This document shows positions 38,801-50,800 of a stretch of DNA of 64,000 bases, in pieces. The position numbers and the translations under genes were made by a program. The DNA is from Phoronis australis. Taxonomy: Eukaryota; Animalia; Phoronida. The DNA lies in NCBI GenBank assembly GCA_002633005.1, contig NMRA01000054.1, forward strand, positions 252,952-316,951. The letters are read 5' to 3'. Each line of letters opens with the position of its first letter. Within the stretch, counting starts at the first letter, position 1. The notes beneath the pieces are model-generated. The model was not told the DNA's origin. It was given only the letters and a program-made list of their open reading frames with translations, and made no database searches.

Positions 38801-41800
38801 CAGCAGTACAATAACCAACCATGACTAAAGGCACACTGCCGCCATTACCTGTGTTGGATGAACACTTGTTGTGAGCCACACCATTACAATCAGACGTCGA
38901 AACAGGCCCACACACATTAATATTAAACTCATGATTGTCTGCGTCCTTCACCTTGTAACCAGCGGAAGACTTAAGAGAACTCAAGTCAAACTCGTAACCT
39001 ACAAATCAAAAGATGTATAACAGTAAAATCTACACTCAAACAAGAAATATCTCTGAGGTAACTGACCTTACAAACAGTTGAATGTGAATCAACATTATAA
39101 TTGAGCATGATCAAAGGCAAATTGTGTGATGGAAGTAAATTTCAGTAAAGGCAAGCCATTAGTTGATATTTTAAAATGAAAAGAATGTTTGGAGAAATTG
39201 AAAGCTCAGAAAATTCTTGATGAAATGGAATCTCTAAAGACACAACCACTTGGGTCCGGTATGAACACATTTTTTTCCTGTTCCCAACACTTTGGGTGTA
39301 ACCGGTATTGTTTATGTCACTAAAAATTTAGTTATAGTAATGATGATGATGTCGTTGAAACTTATCGAGTGAGATGTAACAACACATATCAATTAAGCAG
39401 TTCCTTATTACAAAACTGAGTTACCAAATTGAAATAATCCTTAAGGCCAAATTGGTATCTGAGTTTCAGAACATCTCATTATAAAGTAGTACAACTAGTA
39501 AAACTAAAATGACGAGCTCCTCATTTTAGTTTTACTAGTTTTACTATTTTATATTTTTATTCGTCGGTAACTACACGGCATTGCAACATCTATTTGATTT
39601 CATTATAAAATAGAACTCACCAGTTTTTGGGTTTTTAGCTTTACAATTCCCAATGACAGGCTTAGGCGCTGGAGTGTTTACAGGACAGGCTGCTTTGGTG
39701 TACCAGATAAAATGATAGTCACAGTTGCTCTCGTGGTACAGAAACGATGGACGAGAGTCCTGTCACATGATTGAACAAGTTGAGAATTCAGACAATGTGA
39801 ACTTTGTGCAATTTGAAAAGATCTAATAGAGAGAAATTAGTGCTTCAAATGTATCAAGGAGCTCACAAGAGTGACCTCTGGAGTGCAAGGGAGATCTAAA
39901 GAGTATCACTGCCTTGAGCATGCAAAAAGGGTTTTTTCAAAGACAACCCAACATCCCAATCAAATGATATATTTGACCTATTGAAATGTCAGAGGAGGTA
40001 GTGTGGCCTAGTGTGACAAGCGCCAACTTCCTTTACTTGAGCTCATGGTTCGAGTCACACTGGGTCACACTGGGTCACACTGCTAGAATCTTAATATAAA
40101 GTCCCGTTTCTAGATCCTGAGTGCAGTTTTAAGTACATTTTAATAAAGCACAAAAGTGGTTCCAGGTGATCAGTGCAATAGCGCCACATGCACGACCTGC
40201 GCACGGCTGGTACAACATGTACTAGACCGCCTGCAATTATTTTCTTATTGAAATGTTGAGAACATCATAAAATACCGTAATGTCTCATATTAGCACCTAC
40301 ACGCTTGTTTTTTTGAAGACATTTTTGGTGCAAATATAAAACCTGGCACTTATTCAACAAGGCCAGTTTTGCAGACCTGGCACTCACTTACTGGTGACTG
40401 TTGTTACCAGCTGCATGGCAGGTTTGTTAAGTTTTTATTTATTAAGTAAACATAGTTTTGAACAGTGTTCGTTTTACTTGACCACCATATCCATACAATT
40501 GCAGGACTGGCTTCTGCACATTATAACATTTCTAATCATTACAACCTCACTCATGATATTTAACATATTGTAACCCACCTATTCATTAATTTCCATGCAT
40601 TGTGTTGACTTACATCAAGTTACCAGTAGGTCCTAGACTTTCCAGTAAAACAGTGAATTACGATCAGAGTTGTTCTTCCAATTTGTCTCGAATTACCGCC
40701 GCCAGCGTTTATTCAAAACCCGGCGCTTATTTAACAATGGTGTTTTAACTGGCTTTCACCTGGTGCATAATCGAGATCAGCACTTATTAATGGACTGTCA
40801 CTAACACGTGACACTATGGCAAGTCACTCATTTCAAGATCTCTCTCTTTCCCTCGTTTCTAACTTTTCTTCACTCCTTCTTCACGCACACTATTCACCCT
40901 CCTTCCTCTCCCTCCAACTACTACCCCAAGGTTTTCCACCCACTTACCAAGGAGTCATCACAGTTAAGAGTTATGATGGTGGACGAGTTCTGTCCATTGT
41001 CACACCTGTCTCCATTAGTATATTTCAACACAAGGTGGTGACGCTCCACTGTAAGTGGGTTGCTAGGTAACATTCCAAGATTCTTATACCTGTAACATGT
41101 TAGAGCTGCTGAGTTTTTTATACATAAACAGCATTAGGTGATACACCAATATATAATTGCATTTAACATAAAATGATAAACTATTTGATATTCAAAATAC
41201 AATATTAGAATATAAAATTCAATATTTTGTTTTGTTTCGAAGCATCAGTGAGCTAAGACATAAACAGTTAATTACAAAATAGCACTTTATTTGGACATTA
41301 AGTTGAACAACGGAAATTTAAAACAAGAAAAGATTGCCTTCAGACTCGTTTGCTTCAAAATTCTAAAAACAGGTCTGCTGAAGCTGACTCATACTCAAAC
41401 GTCTGCTGAAGCTGACTCATACTCAAACGTTTGTGTCAAAACATTATGATGTACATTAACTTAAGTTTATATTTTATGCAAAGATTGACCTATATACAAA
41501 TCTCAGATAAACACAGTTAAGCAAAGCTTTGAGTGGTGGCTACGCACTTTTTCTTTGGATCTGTCTCTGTGGTGTTGACTTGACATGCTGCAGAATTGAG
41601 TGGACACGCTGTACCTGGAAAACCATGTTAAATGAATCTGAATTCACCTATTACAGTCGTATCACTTTCAGTCAACATTTCACAGCAGCTACTGTGGTAA
41701 TCTCATCAGATGACAGCTAGTTATCTTTAGATTATCATGACTATAGTAATCGAGATGTTTAAACCTTTCAAACTTCCCACCGAACCAATATAATAATGCT

Positions 41801-44800
41801 ACTGATCATACATGTGCGTATTTTGAACCATGTGGGTATCCTAAATACCTTTTTCAACTTTTTTACTGCTTTCCTTATACGAGCAGCAATTGCCTCTAGT
41901 GCACATGCCTTAAATTTGGAGTTTTCTGTATGCCTTTTGTTTATGCATTGCACCTTGCATTTATAAACAGTGTTCAATAGATAACACATCAATATCTAAC
42001 ATTTTATTAAAATAAGTCGAGCTTTACTAACATGCTATTTTAAACAAGAGCAACGCGGAGCGTTGAAATGCTGCCACGAATGCATTGCAAATGGTGTGCT
42101 TTTAGGGTTATTTATTTATATCATAAAAATGGCCTAGATGGCACAAAAACATACAATCCATCCAAAAACAGGAAAATGCCATATTTCATAAAAATCTGTC
42201 AAGGAACTTTAGAGAAACAAAGGAAAACAAAATAAAATGAAATTGCCACTAGTGGGCAGTGTCCGTTGGATTCGCTTGAAAGTCGTCATCTGTTGTTATC
42301 TTCATATAAATACACTTTACTTACTAAATTTAGTAAAAATCCTGCACTGGGTTTAGGAGATACAACTATGGGCGCAAAACAAAACTACCACTAGGAGGTG
42401 CCACAGTAGTCAGTCCACCATCATCAAAGGTCCTCTTCACACTGAGAACATATATGCCAATTTTCAAATGATTTGGTTGATACAGGGGTGGACGCCAAAA
42501 ACAAGATTTGAAAACAGCAAAACTGGCCACTAGCTGGTGCAAAATACCTCCATCCAAAAACAGGAAGATAACGTCATCACACCAATAGATGCCTATATTT
42601 AAAATTTTATGAAAATCTGTTGAGGACCTTTGAAGATAGAGTTAAATGTAAAACTCTAAAATTGCCACTAGAGGGCACAGCAGTAGTCAGATCTGTCCAA
42701 AAGTCATCGTCATTTGTAGTCAACATCATATAAGTACACATGCTAAATTAAGTAAAGATCCTACGAACTGTTTAGGAGATACAGCCATAGGCGCAAAAAA
42801 CAAAACTGCCACAGTAGTCAAAATCGTCAGAAAATCATCGCCAACCGTCCTCTTTATACTAAGCACAAACATGCCAATTTTCACAATCATCCTTTGAACG
42901 GTTTGGTTGATAGAAGAGTGGACGCAAAAAAAAGACTCGAAAACAGTAAAAATGGCCACTAGGTGGTGCAAACAACATCGAATGCATCCGAAAGCGGGAG
43001 GATAGCGTCATCTCACCAATAGGTGCCTACATATTGAATTTCATGAAAATCCGTTAAGGATTTTTGAAGATACAAAGGTAAGCGTAAAAAACTAAAATTG
43101 CCACTAGGGGGCACACCGGTAGTCGGATCCGTTCGAAAGTTCGCTCATGCCATCCTATCTGTAAAAGGAACACGTGCAAAACTTCATGAATATACCTCAA
43201 TCAGTTTTGGAGATAGAGCAGCGGACGCCGGACGGACGGACGGACGTAGATGACGGCATAATGCGTCCACATATAAATATGTGGGTGCATAAAAATTGCT
43301 CTTTCATTCTATGACAAGTAAGTGCTTCATGCATAGGCCCAAGCACCTCATTCCAGAAATATGCACAGCTTCACAAACAGGTACACAGACTTAAATACAT
43401 GCATATACAATTTTAAATACTAGGTTCCTGACTAGGAAAGGGACGAAATTAGTGTTGCCAAGCCTCACGAAAGATTTCCATGGAGGCGATCTGAAGATTT
43501 ATTTCAGAACTCAACTTAAAATGGCACAGTTTTATGTTTTAGAGACCCACACATTAATAGCTGCTATTCTTACCCTAAAACTTCCTCACCAAGTGATGTT
43601 ATTTTACAATCTTTTTTAAAGCACCATTTGCCCATGAAATTCAAATATTTCTCTAATTCACTATGATCTCAAAAATGTATTGTGAACACGGCAGTTTCTT
43701 TAGAAAATTTCATTTGTTGGATTCAGAGGATTGGTGCAAGTATCACAAATTTGTATCAAGATGGTATAGATTACTCTCTATTTCGTAAAGATGGTATATA
43801 TGGTTATAATGTTTACTGTTACATTACAAAGACACACAGCTTGTCTGCGAGAGCCTTGATTCACAAACGAACTGAACTATCAACATATCTGATGAAATGA
43901 GTCTGCTCTACAACCAGTACAGAGTAATGGCAGATGGTAACAATATATTTGTATGCTCCTGTCTATGCTAATGTATAGCAGGAACTAAACGAGAATGTTA
44001 TCTTAACAAAATCTATACTATTAATTGACAACTTGGGAATGTAAAAACAAAATATTCTGCAAATAAGTGACCTTTGCACTAATGACGTACCTTGGGGGCT
44101 CACATAGTCTGCATCATGCAGTGCTATTCCCCAACTCCACATCATGATACTTACTGGACACGGTTCAGTGATTTACAGCGGATCGTTTTCACTAGAAAAC
44201 TTGTTTTTTAAAACATTTGGCAATTTTCAACCTACTTCTAGTCACATCGTTGTTATATGTTGTGTTTCTAACTAATTTGGCCGAGCAATCACAGAGATAA
44301 GGAATTACCCTGCAAGTTCCACTTAAAATCTGGCACAACACAATAATTAGGACACATAAAAACTATCGCTACCTTGATGATCAATAAATCTTCTGATTCG
44401 GTAACGTCACAAATTGCAATTTCCCAAAACATCTTGTCTTACGGTAAAGTCGCGTGATTTTCGGACGGCCCGCCATTTTCGACCAAGAATAAATATTTCC
44501 GAAATGAATTTTTCATAGTCCACGAAATTCGTACAAGGTCAAAAAATGTTTTTCAATGATCCTCAAATTTCGGACAATGTCATAAACATCGGATTTTTGT
44601 CCCGCGACTTTCGGACAAGGAAAATTTTTAGAAACGGTAATTTGGGATCGACGCAACTCCCGTGTCAGTAAAGCGTTCAACGGGATGATTACTACTGTAT
44701 ACGGCTTAAGTCCGAGAATCGGTATAACGGGTTTGTAATTTTTACCTTGTCTTGACGATGTCACGACCGTTACTCGATTGTCTTGCGTTTAGCTTGTGTT

Positions 44801-47800
44801 TGGCGCTTTAGCTATGATTAGAATCACCGAGTTCCGCATGACGAAAATTTCTGATGAAAATACTAATAGGAAATACACCGAAGGCTGCAACTTTTCTTTG
44901 TAGCCCAACATGGGCTCTGGTTTAATTAGGCCGTGCTGTTCGACTTCCGACTGTGACATTGAACTTGCACGCCTGACATCAACTTGCGTGTTTACGAAAC
45001 GTTTTTATTTTTAAAACGTCCTGGCCTTTGCAAATGCCCTTGTTAGTGGCTAAAATCTCCCGACGACGTGTCCGGATTTTATTCTTGACGTGATGAGAAA
45101 TATTTTTTGTTTGGCCCCCATACACAATAGGCCACAGCTAAGTCTGTCCGTACTGAGGATATCGCGCGTTCAAAGTAGTGGAGATAGTGAACAGCAGCAG
45201 CCGAATGAGACGGAGCCAAAGTAAAGCTGGTTGAAAATCAAACATAATGCAAGGCCCAGCACTCAGAAAGGGGCGCGGCGCACACGCAATTGTTACAGAG
45301 ACATTGCATCCCTGTCCTATGTTCTGTAAGTGCCCGTGTGCTATAACACATATCAAAAACTCATGTACATCCACGTAACCACGTTTCACTACTTTTATAA
45401 ATTGTCTGTTGCTCTCTGATAAGCATCGCAGATGCAAGAATCTCGCTAAAGAAGATAGTGTGATAGTGTGCTTCGTTTGCAATGCCTTACCGTACGTCTT
45501 GACGTCTTCAGTCTAGCGTGTTCGTGAGATTCTCACCCTTGCGCCCCTGGTCGCAGACTAGGGTAGAGTTCAGTAGCTGTCTTGGGAAATACAAAAATCT
45601 AGCCAAAATCACGCTTTCAATTAAAAAACACAATACATCACGTCTTTTCATGAATTCTTGCTTTTAGCGAAGTTCTAGCGTTACGAGCTTTACTCCAGAT
45701 GAAAACCTAAAAAAGATTTAACTTGCGGCGACCCTATTTTGCTTGCTCATCCACTGGTCTGTGTACTTGTGGTCTTGTTAATTCACACCCTGTACCGTCT
45801 GAGGTACAACACCCGGAACTCCATGGTGTCCCAACATTAAGATGAATCCCGACAAGGACACCGGGACCCTGTGGCCCTCTCTGTCTGCGGCGACTAAGAA
45901 AATCCTCCACCAATCATTTCGAAAAATGACAAGTCAGTTGAATCAGATTTGGTAGACATTGCTTCTTGTGGTCCTAGGGGTAGGCTAACAAGAATACAGG
46001 ACTTGGAGTCCGATGTAACGTGCTTGGAACCTGATAGGTGTTTCCGACCCGGAGTTCCATGTCTACTTTCCACAGGACCTTGTCTTCTTGCCCATGTTAC
46101 CGCCTTCAGTTGATAGTTTTGAGACAAAAAAGAAACGTGATCTTAAACTACAGACCATGTTTTTTGTATTACTTGATATAGTTTTAGAGGCATTTCAGCT
46201 GTAAGTGTGTTTAACTGTGTTGACTGTTACATTGCTAATTATTATTGTTCTATTTTTACCCGAGGTGAGCCTTACTTGTAGCAAGTATTACCAGCGATTT
46301 CCGTATATAAGTTGGGGAAACCAAACGTCTTATGTAAAAATACACCAGGGCCTATACTCAGCAATGCCGAATACACGAACACAGTATAAATACTGTAGCT
46401 CACCCTAATTATATCTTAGTTGGAATAGCATTATTTTTAGATTTCAAGCATGCATTTTTATTCTCAGGTATGCATCCCAGGTATATTTTAGGGAAAAATT
46501 TAAGATACGCAAATTGGCCATATATTCTGCTTGACTTATATACGGAAATCTATGGTGGATCTTCTTAAACCTGTAAACCATAAAAATTTCATTGAGACAA
46601 TTTTGTTCTACTAACATGTTCAACTAACATTCCGTTCATGCAAGTCGGTCAGTACGTTCGCATTTAAGGCGTTATTGCAACAGGTAAGTGTTGTTTTGAT
46701 TTTTGTTTGGTGTTTCCATATTTTATTTTGTTATGTATTCCTGTCTTCAGATAGTCACTGTTATTCTTCAACAACATTTCTGTACTTATAATGGGACTTC
46801 AGTAAACTCGCGACTGTTCATACTTTAAATGTTTGCAGAAGTGTGTAGTGTCCATCAGCAGAGACCTGTGGGAAGAACCATTTTCCGTAACTGTACCAAA
46901 TATATGACGCAATGAAATGAAAACGGTCGACATAGATGAATTGTAATTGGTTAAATATATATTAAGAAAGAAATTTAAATATATAAATAGTAGACCGGTT
47001 CTTGAATTGCCTGGTTTACGTCCTTCATGAGTTCACCTGTCCCAAATTGAGTGCTTTCGTTTTTCTTTGCAGGTCGTCACTAGTCGATTCTTCTAACAGT
47101 CGTGATCTGCCCAGTAGCCTATTGTATCAACGTGCGCAACAACGGTCTTGGCAGGGGGGTTGCACCTAGCAGACTCCCTTAGAATTAATGGCACAAAATC
47201 GACATTGGTGTGCAGCAGGAGCCCGGGGGGAGGGGGGTGGCGGCATAAATTAGTAGTGACTGAGGGAGACTGATCTGCGCGAAATTGGTGACGACCGTGA
47301 ACGGCGCTAAACTGGTGACGACCAGAAGTAACGGCCCTGTTATATTCCACGCAGATTATCAGAAAATGTTAACGATTATCAGTTTCATTTCATCCACAAA
47401 CAGATTTCACAAGTCAGTTTTCACTGTTGTTAAAAACGTAAGCGAACCCAGATGTGTTAGGTCACCTCAGTTGCATGAAGACGCGCCAGTGTATCACTGA
47501 GTTAACATCGGGCGTTTCAAAGGCTGTGGATGAGAAAGGTTTTACTTGTAAAAAAACGGTTGGGTGAATTTGATGTTGGTAGCATTTGAAATTGCATTTG
47601 CTTTCTAGACAACGCCCTTATATATACAATATGTTAGTTAATCGTGTCTTCAGCCGCGCAGCACTGTACTAGTCGACGCATTCCCATCGTTTGCGGTAGA
47701 ACGACAGCGCTTCTTCAACAATTCAGACGACTACCGGGACGACAAATGGGGATCACGAGTCGATGAGAAACTACTCGCTTTGTTATCATGATTGTCTTTG

Positions 47801-50800
47801 TAATCTATTTTGGGTAATTGTTCAATCGAAGTTTTCATGTTGAAACTGAGCTTTCAGTTAATATGGAAATAAACGTGTCAGAGTTAACTTGCGTTTCGGT
47901 TTGTAACCAGCAGACAATGCATGGATACGTTTAATAAACATAAATATATGCTATGTTCTTGTCATTGTTCGTCACTTTCGTCATTGAACTCGTTCGCACA
48001 TATATTACTGTTACGTTTAATGCAAAATTCGTTAAAATTGAGGAAGCGCATGTTTTGATGGTCGGGAACCCTCTTTGTGCGCCGAATACGCAAGTCCAGC
48101 TTTTTATTGGAAAACCATGCATTGACAGTGCAAAGTTTTTTTGTTGAGAAAACGCATTTTTACAAAAGAGAATCGGTTGTCTGTAACGTTTCATGTGTGT
48201 CAACAACGCAAACCAGACCCATTCATTGAAAAGCCCATATTTGTCACCAGGAAGACTCTTCACAACGCAGCCCGATATTTCAAGTGAGATAGGGCAGTTT
48301 TGAAAAGATTCCGTCACTTGCCGAGAACGGTTTTTGAGTATCGGCAATGCAAGCCGAATATTTCATATTGAGAAAGCACATCTTTGAAAAGAAGAACCAA
48401 CACTAGTTGGGAACGGTTTTTGTGCGTCGACGGCGCACATTTCTTATTGGGAAAGCCAGATTTTCAAAAATTAATCGCTCAGACTATTTGAGTCTCATTT
48501 ACCTGTAATTATACTGCTATCAAATGACCGAGCCAGCAATGTTGATACTACGACCGCTCATCGAAATAATGTACACCCACGAAATTCGGACACTAGCGGA
48601 AACCCAAATTTGGAGGTCCGCCAAATTCGGACACCACAGAAATAATGTTTCGCGAGATTCGTCCAAGAATGAATTTTTTCTATTGGAATTAATTTTCAGT
48701 GTCCGAAAATCACGCGACTTTACCGTACATGAACCCAGAGTACATTTCGACATTTTCTTACCTGTTCGGTGTACGATAGACGAGCAGACGTTGAGAACAT
48801 ACTTTATGTGAGGCTGCTGTGGTGTGGTCATAAAATAGCTGTCATTAGTAAGAGTCAGGCTGCTTAAGTCATACTCATTACCTCTACTGTCCCTGAAATA
48901 AAACAAAAATTGGGGTGAGTCTCGTACTACAAAATATACGGAAATCAAAAACAATAAAGGAGCTTCGTCCGCCCACCCTGGACAGGACAACAGACAGCAG
49001 AGGTAAAGGTTCCCTTTTATAATCTGAAAAGAGTACCTTAAGAAAATGCTTCAGAGAGTACAGAGGTCGGCCAAACCTAGAATTGGAAATTCAAAAAAAA
49101 TGGTGCACGTACACAGTGTATACAATTCGAGCTGATAATGGTATATAAGGAATATAAGCATACTAATTCCATTTTTGTTTATGCTTAGCTTACATCTTTA
49201 AGATACACTTTTTCATCATCAAAAAAAATTTCTAAATCAAAAATCAGTGAACTTAGAAATAATGATACATAATCTGTGTTCGGGATTCTAATTTATGTTC
49301 CTTTTGTAATAAAGCTCCAGAGACGCTGTCACACCTTTTTTGGGAATGTCGCCTTGTACAAGATTTCTGGAAGGAATTTGGACAGCTAATGCAAAAGTGT
49401 CACATTTAGCTTCCCAACAGTCTCTCTTACAAACGAGTTATTCTTGGACTTTACGAGACGCATGATTTTGTTTTTAACATTTTGCTTCTAATAGCCAAAC
49501 AGTACACCTACAAGAAGAGATGTCACAAAAATATACCTATTTTCACAGGTTTATTACATATACTTATGAGTACTACAATGCTGAAAAATTAATTGCACAT
49601 AAAAACTTTGTATACGACAGCTTCTCTGCGAAATGGGAAAATTTCATTGTTCACATTAACTCAATGTAGAAGTTGTTTACTTTATACGATATACGAGAAT
49701 GGTCTTTCTTGAGGTGTGCATGCGTGTATGAATGGATGTACTTATTTGTTTGTTTGTTTTTGTACTGTTTTATAAATGATAATACATTCTTTAAAAAAAT
49801 AAAAAATAAAAAAATAATGATACATACTTGACACTACACTCCGAGATAGAAAAAGGAGCACATGCTTTAGATGTTGGCCATTCGAAGAGATACTTGCAGT
49901 CAGATGTCTCATTCAAATAGATAGGTCCGTCACTGCCATACTTTTTCTGGTCACAAGTAAATTTGATGATGGTTGTGCGGTTAAACTTGCGGTTGTGACA
50001 TGGCTTGCCACCAGTGTAGGTCAGTGAAAGAGAACCGTCTTCATAAACGAGTTTGTCCGTGGCTTGGCCTGTAGACAGAGACGGAATTGCAACAATGAAA
50101 GGCATGCACTTTACATTACAACGCGACTATGTGGTATACAGTGTTCAGCGCTACCTACAATTTACCTGTGACTTGGATGGAGATTTAAGGCAGTGTTTTT
50201 TAGATTGTTACCCTCATCACGCTATTAAATCATCACTGTTATGACATTCAAATGAATCCCAAAGGAATTTGACACAAAAAAATCCATGAATAAAAATAAT
50301 GTTCGTCTTTGTCAACTTGGCTCGTCTTGTACACCAGCATTTGAATCAGGGTCAAGCAAGCCGTGCTCTGACAGCACTAAAGAGCTGAATGTTTGCTATT
50401 CAAATAAAATCCTTTGCATTTACAGAATGTGCAGCCCTACACCCACCTACCTGCATTGACATAGTTGATCTTGCTGCCAACTTTCCACGTCTGACATACT
50501 CCAGCATTGCTACAATCCTGTATACCACTCCGTATGTTGCGACAGACATCCAACTGGAATGTGTACTTATCGTACTTGACCATGTATGGAGCGGACGCAG
50601 ACTGTAGGGGTGTCAGGTCGAACTGCTGGTTGTAGAGGGGCTCCGTCACTTTACAGTCCTTGCCAACTTGTCTCTTAAAACAGACAACCAGCTTGGGTAG
50701 ACACCAACAGACACTAGGCTCTTAATAAATATATTGAAATAAACATCCAAACAATTCCGCAACCAACATAATAGTGGAAATGACTACGTACTTGCCTCTC

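Noticed and set aside
41373-41430. Exact 28-bp tandem duplication
   Set aside because: It is real but an ordinary local slippage duplication with no further structure.
45138-48347. ORFs inside the 4.3-kb element as a transposase
   Set aside because: They are short, and I recognise no DDE/D, HTH or CENP-B-like motifs in them.
48520-48990. 156-aa ORF as a stand-alone gene
   Set aside because: It is a CI-MPR exon (48762-48892) read through into intron and transposon TIR sequence. The same applies to most minus-strand ORFs listed between 15 and 59 kb.
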